DNA of 55,200 nucleotides, counting the filler, from Heptranchias perlo (Eukaryota): the NCBI RefSeq assembly GCF_035084215.1. It is 2 parts of 2 records of this genome, joined end to end, with 100 filler letters (N's around TTAATTAATTAA, not from the genome) between each part and the next. Parts side by side here need not be neighbours in the genome. Positions count along the whole stretch, not along the records: positions 28,238 to 55,200 come from NW_027139573.1; 1 more part is not named here. One strand, given 5' to 3'. The notes under the pieces are model-generated. The model saw nothing but the letters and a program-made list of their open reading frames with translations, had not been told where the DNA came from and ran no database searches. Of this stretch, positions 43,729-55,200 are shown piece after piece. Numbering within the stretch: the stretch's first letter is position 1; each line of letters opens with the position of its first letter. Both the position numbers and the translations under genes were made by a program.

Positions 43729-46700
43729 GTGAGGGGGAGAGAGAGGAGGACAGGTGAGGGGGAGAGAGAGGAGGACAGGTGAGGGGGAGAGAGAGGAGGA
43801 CAGGTGAGGGGGAGAGAGAGGAGGACAGGTGAGGGGGAGAGAGAGGAGGACAGGTGAGGGAGAGAGAGAGGAGGACAGGTGAGGGGGAGAGAGAGGAGGA
43901 CAGGTGAGGGGGAGAGAGAGAGGAGGACAGGTGAGGGGGAGAGAGAGGAGGACAGGTGAGGGGGAGAGAGACGAGGACAGGTGAGGAGGAGAGAGAGGAG
44001 GACAGGTGAGGGAGAGAGAGAGGAGGACAGGTGAGGGGGAGAGAGAGGAGGACAGGTGAGGGGGAGAGAGAGGAGGACAGGTGAGGGGGAGAGAGGAGGA
44101 CAGGTGAGGGGGAGAGAGAGGAGGACAGGTGAGGGGGAGAGAGAGGAGGATAGGTGAGGGGGAGAGAGAGGAGGACAGGTGAGGGGGAGAGAGAGGAGGA
44201 CAGGTGAGGGGGAGAGAGAGGAGGACAGGTGAGGGGGAGAGAGAGGAGGACAGGTGAGGGGGAGAGAGAGAGAAGAGAGAGAGAGAGGAGGACAGGTGAG
44301 GGGGAGAGAGAGGAGGACAGGTGAGGGGGAGAGAGAGGAGCACAGGTGAGGGGGAGAGAGAGGAGGACAGGTGAGGGGGAGAGAGAGGAGGACAGGTGAG
44401 GGGGGGAGAGGAGGACAGGTGAGGGGGAGAGAGAGGAGGACAGTTGAGGGGGAGAGAGAGGAGGACAGGTGAGGGGGGGAGAGGAGGACAGGTGAGGGGG
44501 AGAGAGAGGAGGACAGGTGAGGGGGAGAGAGAGGAGGACAGGTGAGGGGGAGAGAGAGGAGGACAGGTGAGGGGGAGAGAGAGGAGGACAGGTGAGGGGG
44601 GGAGAGGAGGACAGGTGAGGGGGAGAGAGAGGAGGACAGGTGAGGGGGAGAGAGAGGAGGACAGGTGAGGGGGAGAGAGAGGAGGACAGGTGAGGGGGAG
44701 GGAGAGGAGGACAGGTGAGGGGGAGAGAGAGGAGGACAGGTGAGGGGGAGAGAGAGAGAGGACAGGTGAGGGGGAGAGAGAGGAGGACTGGTGAGGAGAG
44801 AGAGAGGCGGACAGGTGAGGGGGAGAGAGAGAGAGAGAGGACAGGTGAGGGGGAGAGAGAGGAGGACAGGTGAGGAGAGAGAGAGAGGAGGACAGGTGAG
44901 GGGGAGAGAGAGGAGGACAGGTGAGGGAGAGAGAGAGGAGAGAGAGAGAGAGGAGGACAGGTGAGGGGGAGAGAGAGGAGGACAGGTGAGGAGAGAGAGA
45001 GAGGAGGACAGGTGAGGGGGAGAGAGAGGAGGACAGGTGAGGGAGAGAGAGAGGAGGACAGGTGAGGGGGAGAGAGAGGAGGACAGGTGAGGGGGAGAGA
45101 GAGGAGGACAGGTGAGGGGGAGAGAGAGAGGAGGACAGGTGAGGGGGAGAGAGAGGAGGACAGGTGAGGGAGAGAGAGAGGAGGACAGGTGAGGGGGAGA
45201 GAGAGGAGGACAGGTGAGAGGGAGAGAGAGGAGGACAGGTGAGGGGGAGAGAGAGGAGGACAGGTGAGGGAGAGAGAGAGGAGGACAGGTGAGGGGAGAG
45301 AGAGGAGGACAGGTGAGGGGGAGAGAGAGGAGGACAGGTGAGGGGGGAGAGAGAGGAGGACAGGTGAGGGGGAGAGAGAGAGGAGGACAGGTGAGGGGGA
45401 GAGAGAGGAGGACAGGTGAGGGAGAGAGAGAGAGGAGGACAGGTGAGGGGGAGAGAGAGGAGGACAGGTGAGGGGGAGAGAGAGGAGGACAGGTGAGGGG
45501 GGAGAGAGAGGAGGACAGGTGAGGGGGAGAGAGAGGAGGACAGGTGAGGGGGAGAGAGAGGAGGACAGGTGAGGGGGAGAGAGAGGAGGACAGGTGAGGG
45601 GGAGAGAGAGGAGGACAGGTGAGGGGGAGAGAGAGGAGGACAGGTGAGGGGGAGAGAGAGGAGGACAGGTGAGGGGGAGAGAGAGAGGAGGACAGGTGAG
45701 GGGGAGAGAGAGGAGGACAGGTGAGGGGGAGAGAGAGAGGAGGACAGGTGAGGGGGAGAGAGACGAGGACAGGTGAGGAGGAGAGAGAGGAGGACAGGTG
45801 AGGGAGAGAGAGAGGAGGACAGGTGAGGGGGAGAGAGAGGAGGACAGGTGAGGGGGAGAGAGAGGAGGACAGGTGAGGGGGAGAGAGAGGAGGACAGGTG
45901 AGGGGGAGAGAGAGGAGGACAGGTGAGGGGGAGAGAGAGGAGGACAGGTGAGGGGGAGAGAGGAGGACAGGTGAGGGGGAGAGAGAGGAGTACAGGTGAG
46001 GGGGAGAGAGAGGAGGACAGGTGAGGGGGAGAGAGAGGAGGACAGGTGAGGGGGAGAGAGAGGAGGACAGGTGAGGTAGAGAGAGGAGGACAGATGAGGG
46101 GGAGAGAGGAGGACAGGTGACGGGGAGAGAGAGGAGGACAGGTGAGGGGGAGAGAGAGGAGGACAGGTGAGGTGGAGAGAGGAGGACAGATGAGGGGGAG
46201 AGAGGAGGACAGGTGAGGGGGACAGGTGAGGGGGAGAGAGAGGAGGACAGGTGAGGGGGAGAGAGGAGGAAAGGTGAGGGGGACAGGTGAGGGGGAGAGA
46301 GAGGAGGACAGGTGAGGGGGAGAGAGGAGGAAAGGTGAGGGGGACAGGTGAGGGGGAGAGAGAGGAGGACAGGTGAGGGGGAGAGAGAGGAGGACAGGTG
46401 AGGTGGAGAGAGGAGGACAGATGAGGGGGAGAGAGGAGGACAGGTGAGGGGGACAGGTGAGGGGGAGAGAGAGGAGGACAGGTGAGGGGGAGAGAGGAGG
46501 AAAGGTGAGGGGGACAGGTGAGGGGGAGAGAGAGGAGGACAGGTGAGGGGGAGAGAGGAGGAAAGGTGAGGGGGACAGGTGAGGGGGAGAGAGAGGAGGA
46601 CAGGTGAGGGGGAGAGAGAGGAGGACAGGTGAGGAGGAGAGAGGAGGACAGATGAGGGGGAGAGAGAGAGGAGGACAGGTGAGGGGGAGAGAGTGGAGGA

Positions 46701-48754
46701 CAGGTGAGGGGGGAGGGAGAGGAGGACAGGTGAGGTAGAGAGAGGAGGACAGATGAGGGGGAGAGAGGAGGACAGGTGAGGGGGAGAGAGGAGGAAAGGT
46801 GAGGGGGACAGGTGAGGGGGAGAGAGAGGAGGACAGGTGAGGGGGAGAGAGGAGGAAAGGTGAGGGGGACAGGTTGAGGGGGAGAGAGAGGAGGACAGGT
46901 GAGGGGGAGAGAGAGGAGGACAGGTGAGGTGGAGAGAGAGGAGGACAGGTGAGGGGGGAGAGAGAGGAGGACAGGTGAGGGGGAGAGAGAGGAGGACAGG
47001 TGAGGGGGAGAGAGAGGAGGACAGGTGAGGGGGAGAGAGGAGGACAGGTGAGGGGGAGAGAGGAGGACAGGTGAGGGGGAGAGAGGAGGACAGGTGAGGG
47101 GGAGAGAGGAGGAAAGGTGAGGGGGACAGGTGAGGGGGAGAGAGAGGAGGACAGGTGAGGGGGAGAGAGAGAGGACAGGTGAGGGAGAGAGAGAGGAGGA
47201 CAGGTGAGGGAGAGAGAGGAGGAAAGGTGAGGGGGAGAGAGAGGAGGACAGGTGAGGGGGAGAGAGAGGAGGACAGGTGAGGGGGAGAGAGAGGAGGAAA
47301 GGTGAGGGGGAGAGAGAGGAGGAAAGGTGAGGGGGAGAGAGAGGAGGACAGGTGAGGGGGAGAGAGAGAGGAGGAAAGGTGAGGGGGAGAGAGAGGAGGA
47401 CAGGTGAGGGGGAGAGAGAGAGGAGGGCAGGTGAGGGAGAGAGAGGAGGAAAGGTGAGGGGGAGAGAGAGGAGGACAGGTGAGGGGGAGAGAGGAGGGCA
47501 GGTGAGGGGGAGAGAGAGGAGGACAGGTGAGGGAGAGAGAGAGAGAGGACAGGTGAGGGAGAGAGAGAGGAGGACAGGTGAGGGAGAGAGAGGAGGAAAG
47601 GTGAGGGGGAGAGAGAGGAGGGCAGGTGAGGGAGAGAGAGGAGGAAAGGTGAGGGGGAGAGAGAGGAGGAAAGGTGAGGGGGAGAGGGAGGAGGACAGGT
47701 GAGGGGGAGAGAGAGAGGAGGAAAGGTGAGGGGGAGAGAGAGGAGGAAAGGTGAGGGGGAGAGAGAGGAGGACAGGTGAGGGGGAGAGAGAGGAGGGCAG
47801 GTGAGCGAGAGAGAGGAGGAAAGGTAAGGGGGAGAGAGAGGAGGACAGGTGAGGGGGAGAGAGAGAGGACAGGTGAGGGAGAGAGAGGAGGACAGGTGAG
47901 GGGGAGAGAGAGGAGGGCAGGTGAGGGGGAGAGAGAGGAGGACAGGTGAGGGAGAGAGAGAGAGAGGACAGGTGAGGGAGAGAGAGAGGAGGACAGGTGA
48001 GGGAGAGAGAGGAGGAAAGGTGAGGGGGAGAGAGAGGAGGGCAGGTGAGGGAGAGAGAGGAGGAAAGGTGAGGGGGAGAGAGAGGAGGAAAGGTGAGGGG
48101 GAGAGGGTGGAGGACAGGTGAGGGGGAGAGAGAGAGGAGGAAAGGTGAGGGGGAGAGAGAGGAGGAAAGGTGAGGGGGAGAGAGAGGAGGACAGGTGAGG
48201 GGGAGAGAGAGGAGGGCAGGTGAGCGAGAGAGAGGAGGAAAGGTGAGGGGGAGAGAGAGGAGGACAGGTGAGGGGGAGAGAGAGAGGACAGGTGAGGGAG
48301 AGAGAGGAGGACAGGTGAGGGGGAGAGAGAGGAGGGCAGGTGAGGGAGAGAGAGGAGGAAAGGTGAGGGGGAGAGAGAGGAGGAAAGGTGAGGAGGACAG
48401 GTGAGGGGGAGAGAGAGAGGAGGAAAGGTGAGGGGGAGAGAGAGGAGGACAGGTGAGGGGGAGAGAGAGAGGAGGGCAGGTGAGGGAGAGAGAGGAGGAA
48501 AGGTGAGGGGGAGAGAGAGGAGGACAGGTGAGGGGGAGAGAGGAGGGCAGGTGAGGGGGAGAGAGAGGAGGACAGGTGAGGGAGAGAGAGAGGAGGACAG
48601 GTGAGGGAGAGAGAGGAGGACAGGTGAGTGGGAGAGAGGAGGACAGGTGAGGGAGAGAGAGGAGGACAGGTGAGGGGGAGAGAGGAGGACAGGTGAGGGA
48701 GAGAGAGGAGGACAGGTGAGGGGGAGAGAGGAGGACAGGTGAGGGGGAGAGAGA
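43713..48754. repeat. About 25-bp polypurine minisatellite, about 200 copies
   Basis: Unit GAGGAGGACAGGTGAGGGGGAGAGA. Confidence 0.97.
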
Positions 48755-49088
48755 CGGTTGTTCAGAGGGAGAAGGTCTGAGACTGACTGAGTGTGAGAGA
48801 GTGAGTGAGTGTGTGCGAGTGAGTGTGCGACTGTGTGTGTGAGTCAGTGTGAGATTGTGACAGTGGATGTGAGTGTGAGATTGAGCGAGTGTGAGATTGT
48901 GTGTGTGAGAGACTGACGGTGAGTGTGCGNNNNNNNNNNNNNNNNNNNNNNNNNNNNNNNNNNNNNNNNNNNNNNNNNNNNNNNNNNNNNNNNNNNNNNN
49001 NNNNNNNNNNNNNNNNNNNNNNNNNNNNNNNNNNNNNNNNNNNNNNNNNNNNNNNNNNNNNNNNNNNNNNNNNNNNNNNNNNNNNNNN

Positions 49089-52000
49089 GAGAGCGGGACG
49101 GAGGGAGGGAGGGAGAGAGAGCGGGAGGGGGGAGGGAGAGGGGGGAGTGAGTGTGTATGTGAGAGTGGGAGGGAGGGAGGGAGAGGGGGGAGTGAGTGTG
49201 TATGTGAGAGTGGGAGGGAGGGAGGGAGAGGGGGGAGTGAGTGTGTATGAGAGTGGGAGGGAGGGAGGGAGAGGGGGGAGTGAGTGTGTATGAGAGAGTG
49301 GGAGGGAGGGAGGGAGAGGGGGGAGTGAGTGTGTATGTGAGAGTGGGAGGGAGGGAGGGAGAGGGGGGAGTGAGTGTGTATGAGAGAGTGGGAGGGAGGG
49401 AGGGAGAGGGGGGAGTGAGTGTGTATGTGAGAGTGGGAGGGAGGGAGGGAGAGGGGGGAGTGAGTGTGTGTGTGAGAGTGGGAGGGAGGGAGGGAGAGGG
49501 GGGAGTGAGTGTGTGTGTGAGAGTGGGAGGGAGGGAGGGAGAGGGGGGAGTGAGTGTGTATGTGAGAGTGGGAGGGAGGGAGGGAGAGGGGGGAGTGAGT
49601 GTGTCTGTGAGAGTGGGAGGGAGGGAGGGAGAGGGGGGAGTGAGTGTGTCTGTGAGAGTGGGAGGGAGCGAGGGAGAGGGGGGAGTGAGTGTGTATGTGA
49701 GAGTGGGAGGGAGGGAGGGAGAGGGGGGAGTGAGTGTGTATGTGAGAGTGGGAGGGAGGGAGGGAGAGGGGGGGAGTGAGTGTGTATGAGAGAGTGGGAG
49801 GGAGGGAGGGAGAGGGGGGAGTGAGTGTGTCTGTGAGAGTGGGAGGGAGGGAGGGAGAGGGGGGAGTGAGTGTGTATGAGAGAGTGGGAGGGAGGGAGGG
49901 AGAGGGGGGAGTGAGTGTGTATGAGAGAGTGGGAGGGAGGGAGGGAGAGGGGGGAGTGAGTGTGTCTGTGAGAGTGGGAGGGAGGGAGGGAGAGGGGGGA
50001 GTGAGTGTGTCTGTGAGAGTGGGAGGGAGCGAGGGAGATGGGGGAGTNNNNNNNNNNNNNNNNNNNNNNNNNNNNNNNNNNNNNNNNNNNNNNNNNNNNN
50101 NNNNNNNNNNNNNNNNNNNNNNNNNNNNNNNNNNNNNNNNNNNNNNNNNNNNNNNNNNNNNNNNNNNNNNNNNNNNNNNNNNNNNNNNNNNNTGTATGAG
50201 AGAGTGGGAGGGAGGGAGGGAGAGGGGGGGAGTNNNNNNNNNNNNNNNNNNNNNNNNNNNNNNNNNNNNNNNNNNNNNNNNNNNNNNNNNNNNNNNNNNN
50301 NNNNNNNNNNNNNNNNNNNNNNNNNNNNNNNNNNNNNNNNNNNNNNNNNNNNNNNNNNNNNNNNNNNNNNNNNNNNNNNNNNNNNNNNNNNNNNNNNNNN
50401 NNNNNNNNNNNNNNNNNNNNNNNTGTATGTGAGAGTGGGAGGAGGGAGGGAGGGGGAGGAGGGGGTTGAGTGAGTGTGTGTGGAGAGTGGGGGGAGGGTG
50501 TGAGTGAGTGGGGGGAGGGAGGTGGGGATGTGAGTGTGTGAGGTGGGAGGGAGGGAGGGAGGGGGGAGTGAGTGTGTATGTGAGAGTGGGAGGGAGGGAG
50601 GGGAGAGGGGGGAGTGAGTGTGTATGTGAGTGGGTGGGAGGGAGGGAGAGGGGGGGTGAGGTGTGTGTGTGAGAGTGGGAGGGAGGGAGGGAGGTGGGGG
50701 GAGTGAGTGTGTGTGAGAGTGGGAGGGAGGGAGGGAGAGGGGGGAGTGTGTGTGTGTGTGAGTGGGAGGGAGGGAGGGAGAGGGGGGTGAGTGTGTTGTG
50801 TGAGAGTGGGAGGGAGGTGGGAGGGGGGAGTGAGTGTGTTGTGAGTGGGTGGGAGGGTGGGAGAGGGGGGAGTGTGTGTGTTGAGAGTGGGAGGGAGGGT
50901 GGGAGTGGGGGGGATGTGAGTGTGTGTGTGAGTGGAGGGGGGTGGGAGAGGGGGGGGAGTGAGTGTGTGTGTGAGAGTGGGAGGGAGGGTGAGGGGGGAG
51001 TGTGAGTGTGTGTGTGGAGTGGGAGGGAGGGAGGGTGAGGGGGGAGTGGTGTGTGTGTGAGAGTGGGAGGGAGGGGTGGGAGAGGGGGGTGAGTGTGTGT
51101 GTGTGAGGTGGGTGGGAGGGGGTGGGTGGGAGTGGGGGGTGTGTGGGTGGTGTGGGGGTGGGTGGGTGGAGTGGGGGGGTGGTGGTGTGGGGGTGTGGTG
51201 GGTGGGTGGGTGGGGGGAGGAGAGGGGGGAGTGAGTGTGTTTGTGAGTGGGAGGGAGGGAGGGTGAGGGGGGGTGTGGGTGTGTGTGGGTGGGAGGTGGG
51301 TGGGTGGGGGGAGTGGGTGTGGGTGTGGTGGAGGGGGGGGGTGTGGGAGTGTGTGTGTGAGTGTGGGAGGGAGGGAGGGAGAGGGGGGAGTGTGTGTGTG
51401 TGTGAGTGGGTGGGAGGGAGGGAGGGAGAGGGGGGAGTGGTGTGTGTGTGAGTGTGGGAGGGAGGGAGGGAGAGGGGGGAGTGGTGTGTGTGTGTGAGTG
51501 GGAGGGAGGGAGGGAGAGGGGGGAGTGGTGGTGTGTGAGTGGGAGGGAGGGTGGGGAGGGGGTGTGAGTGTGTGGGAGGTGGGAGGGTGGGAGGGTGGGG
51601 GAGTGGTGTGTGTGTGAGAGTGGGGGAGGGAGGGTGGGAGAGGGGGGTGTGGTGTGTGTGAGTGGTGGGTGGAGGGAGTGGGGGGAGTGAGTGTGTGTGT
51701 GAGTGGGGTGGGTGGAGGGTGGGAGAGGGGGGGTGGTGGTGTGTGTGAGGTGTGGGTGGGAGGGGTGGGGAGGGGGGGTGTGTGTGTGTGTGAGTGTGGG
51801 TGGGAGGGTGGGAGGGAGTGGGGGTGTGGTGTGTGTGTGGGAGTGGGAGGGGGGGGGGTGGGGGGGGTGGTGTGTGGGGTGGTGGGTGGTGTGGGGGGGA
51901 GGGTGGTGGTGTGGTGGGGTGGTGGGTGGGAGTGGGGGTGTGTGTGGTGTGGGTGGGGGGAGGGAGGGAGAGGGGGGAGTGAGTGTGTATGTGAGAGTGG

Positions 52001-55000
52001 GAGGGAGGGAGGAGTGGGGGTGAGTGTGTGTGTGAGGTGGGAGGGAGGGAGGGAGAGGGGGGAGTGGTGGTGTGGAGTGGAGGGAGGGGGGAGTGGGGAG
52101 TGAGTGTGTGGAGAGTGGGAGGGAGGGAGGGAGAGGGGGGGAGTGAGTGTGTGTGTGAGAGTGGGAGGGAGGGAGGGAGAGGGGGGAGTGAGTGTGTATG
52201 AGAGAGTGGGAGGGAGGGAGGGAGAGGGGGGAGTGAGTGTGTGTGTGAGAGTGGGAGGGAGGGAGGGAGAGGGGGAGTGAGTGTGTATGTGAGAGTGGAG
52301 GGGAGGGAGGGAGAGGGGGGAGTGAGTGTGTATGAGAGAGTGGGAGGGAGGGAGGGAGAGGGGGGAGTGAGTGTGTGTGGAGAGTGGGAGGGAGGGAGGG
52401 AGAGGGGGAGTGAGTGTGTGTGTGGAGTGGGTGAGGGAGGGAGAGGGGGGTGAGTGTGTATGAGAGAGTGGGAGGGAGGGAGGGAGAGGGGGGAGTGAGT
52501 GTGTGTGTGAGAGTGGGAGGGAGGGAGGGAGAGGGGGGAGTGAGTGTGTATGAGAGAGTGGGAGGGAGGGAGGTGGGAGAGGGGGGAGTGAGTGTGTGTG
52601 AGAGTGGGAGGGAGGGAGGGAGAGGGGGGAGTGTGTGTGTGTGAGGAGTGGGAGGGAGGGAGGGAGAGGGGGGAGTGAGTGTGTGTGTGAGAGTGGGAGG
52701 GAGGGAGGGAGAGGGGGGAGTGAGTGTGTGTGTGAGAGTGGGAGGGAGGGAGGGAGAGGGGGGAGTGAGTGTGTGTGAGAGAGTGGGAGGGAGGGAGGGA
52801 GAGGGGGTGGTGGTGTGGTGTGGGGAGGGTGGGGAGGGGGGGTGGGTGTGTGTGGAGTGGGGGGGGGAGGGAGAGGGGGGAGTGAGTGTGTTGGAGGTGG
52901 GGGGAGTGAGGGGTGGGTGTTGTGGAGTGGAGGGAGGGTGGGTGTGGGGGAGTGAGTGTGTATGTGAGAGTGGGAGGGAGGGAGGGAGAGGGGGGAGTGA
53001 GTGTGTATGTGAGAGTGGGAGGGAGGGAGGGAGAGGGGGGAGTGAGTGTGTGTGTGAGAGTGGGTGGGTGGGAGGGAGAGGGGGGTGTGGTGTGTGGTGT
53101 GGGTGGGAGTGAGGGTGTGGGGGAGGGTGGGTGTGAGTGGTGGGAGGGGGGTGGGAGGGGGGAGTGAGTGTGTGTGTGAGAGTGGGTGGGAGGGAGGGAG
53201 GGAGAGGGGGGTGTGAGTGTGTTGTGAGAGTGGGAGGGAGGGAGGGAGTGGGGGAGTGAGTGTGTGTGAGAGTGGGAGGGAGGGAGGGAGAGGGGGGAGT
53301 GAGTGTGTATGTGAGAGTGGGAGGAGGGAGGGGAGGGGGGAGTGAGTGTGTTGTGAGTGGAGGGAGGAGGGAGAGGGGGGTGAGTGTGTGTGTGTGAGTG
53401 GGAGGGAGGGGGGAGTGGGGGTGAGTGTGTGTGTGAGAGTGGGAGGGAGGGAGGGAGAGGGGGGAGTGAGTGTGTATGTGAGAGTGGGAGGGAGGGAGGG
53501 AGAGGGGGGAGTGAGTGTGTTGTGAGTGGGTGGGAGGGAGGGAGAGGGGGGTGTGAGTGTGTGTGTGTGTGAGTGGGTGGGGAGGGTGGGTGTGGGGGGT
53601 GGTGTGTGTGTGGTGTGGGGGTGGGGGGAGGGGTGTGGGTGGTGGTGGTGTGTGTGTGTGTGTGGGAGGGTGGGGTGGGAGGGTGGGTGAGGGTGGTGTG
53701 TGTGTGGGAGTGGGTGGGTGGTGGAGGGGGGGGTGGTGTGTGTGGTTGTGGGGGAGGGTGGGAGGAGTGGGTGGGTGGGGGTGGGTGTGTGAGGTGGTGG
53801 TGAGGGTGGGGTGGGGGTGTGTGTGGTGTGGGTGTGGGAGGGGGTGGGAGGGGAGGGGAGTGGGGGGAGTGTGTGTGTGTGTGTGAGTGGGTGGGAGGGA
53901 GGGGTGTGAGGGGGGGGTGTGTGTGTGGGTGGTGAGAGTGGGGTGGTGGGTGGGGGTGTGGGGAGGGTGGGTGTGTGTGTGTGTGTGGAGTGTGGGAGGG
54001 AGGGGGGTGGGGGGTGTGTGTGTGTGGTGGGAGGTGGGGGGGGAGTGGGGGTGTGGTGTGTGTGAGTGTGGGTGGGAGGGGAGGGTGGGGGTGGAGTGTG
54101 TGTGTGTGGTGTGAGGGTGGGTGGGAGGGGGGTGTGGGTGTGTGAGTGGGAGGGAGGGTGGGTGTGGGGGTGTGTGGGTGTGTGGGGGGTGGAGGGAGGT
54201 GAGGGGGGAGTGGTGTGTGTGTGAGTGGGAGGGAGGGAGGGAGGGGGGGAGTGAGTGTGTGTGTGAGTGGGTGGAGGTGGGGAGGGGGGAGTGAGTGTGT
54301 GTGGTGAGTGGGAGGGTGGGTGGGAGAGGGGGGTGAGTGTGTGTGTGAGAGTGGGAGGGTGGGAGGGAGAGGGGGGAGTGAGTGTGTAGTGTGAGAGTGG
54401 GAGGGAGGGAGGGAGAGGGGGGAGTGAGTGTGTGTGTGAGAGTGGGAGGGAGGAGGGAGAGGGGGGAGTGAGTGTGTGTGTGAGAGTGGGAGGGAGGGAG
54501 GGAGAGGGGGGAGTGAGTGTGTGTGTGAGAGTGGGAGGGAGGGAGAGGGGGGAGTGAGTGTGTGTGAGAGTGGGAGGGAGGGAGGGAGAGGGGGAGTGAG
54601 TGTGTGTGTGAGAGTGGGAGGGAGGGAGGGAGGAGGGGGGGAGTGAGTGTGTATGTGAGAGTGGGAGGGAGGGAGGGAGAGGGGGGAGTGAGTGTGTGTG
54701 TGAGAGTGGGAGGGAGGGAGGGAGAGGGGGTNNNNNNNNNNNNNNNNNNNNNNNNNNNNNNNNNNNNNNNNNNNNNNNNNNNNNNNNNNNNNNNNNNNNN
54801 NNNNNNNNNNNNNNNNNNNNNNNNNNNNNNNNNNNNNNNNNNNNNNNNNNNNNNNNNNNNNNNNNNNNNNNNNNNNTGTGTATGAGAGTGGGAGGGAGGG
54901 AGGGAGAGGGGGGAGTGAGTGTGTGTGTGAGAGTGGGAGGGAGGGAGGGAGAGGGGGGAGTGAGTGTGTGTGTGAGAGTGGTGAGGGAGGGAGGGAGAGG

Positions 55001-55200
55001 AGGGGGGAGTGAGTGTGTGTGAGAGAGTGGGAGGGAGGGAGGAGAGGGGGAGTGAGTGTGTGTGTGAGAGTGGGAGGGAGGGAGGGAGAGGGGGGAGTGA
55101 GTGTGTATGTGAGAGTGGGAGGGAGGGAGGGAGAGGGGGGAGTGAGTGTGTATGTGAGAGTGGGAGGGAGGGAGGGAGGGAGAGGGGGGAGTGAGTGTGA
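49089..55200. repeat. 45-bp G-rich minisatellite with (GGGA)n G4 motif; gapped and partly low-quality
   Basis: Unit GAGAGTGGGAGGGAGGGAGGGAGAGGGGGGAGTGAGTGTGT(A/G)TGT; N gaps at 48930-49088, 50048-50192, 50234-50423 and 54732-54876. Confidence 0.92.

Noticed and set aside
43669-55194. Arg/Gly/Glu-rich and Ser/Pro/Leu-rich ORFs in the purine arrays
   Set aside because: Low-complexity repeat translations, several of which run through N gaps.

Overview
Repeat-rich vertebrate DNA, most likely from a cartilaginous fish (shark). This is inferred from the MHC class I sequence and the CR1/L2/Penelope/Harbinger repeat content. The left 12.5 kb holds the 5' half of a classical-type MHC class I heavy-chain gene (UAA-like) on the minus strand: leader exon 12125-12173, alpha-1 exon 5684-5944 and alpha-2 exon 593-865, all phase 1 with GT/AG sites. 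All eight peptide-anchoring residues are intact, and there is a readable ISRE-S-X-Y-CCAAT promoter at about 12320-12550. The alpha-3, TM and cytoplasmic exons would lie beyond the left edge. The rest is nested LINE fragments, a Harbinger-like element with a dead Myb/SANT gene, a Penelope-like element with a hammerhead ribozyme, and about 12 tandem arrays. Almost all long ORFs in the track are repeat artefacts. The most notable observations are: (i) tandem arrays that start at, and multiply, the splice signals of the class I exons, including a roughly 2.2-kb AG-free array of branch-point/pyrimidine-tract units; (ii) an orphan signal-peptide exon at 29207-29258 (-) that is phase-compatible with the alpha-1 exon; (iii) a CpG/ZNF143-type promoter and candidate first exon at about 43.6 kb (+) whose donor is amplified about 200 times; (iv) an artificial six-frame-stop linker at 28138-28237, so contiguity across it is not guaranteed.
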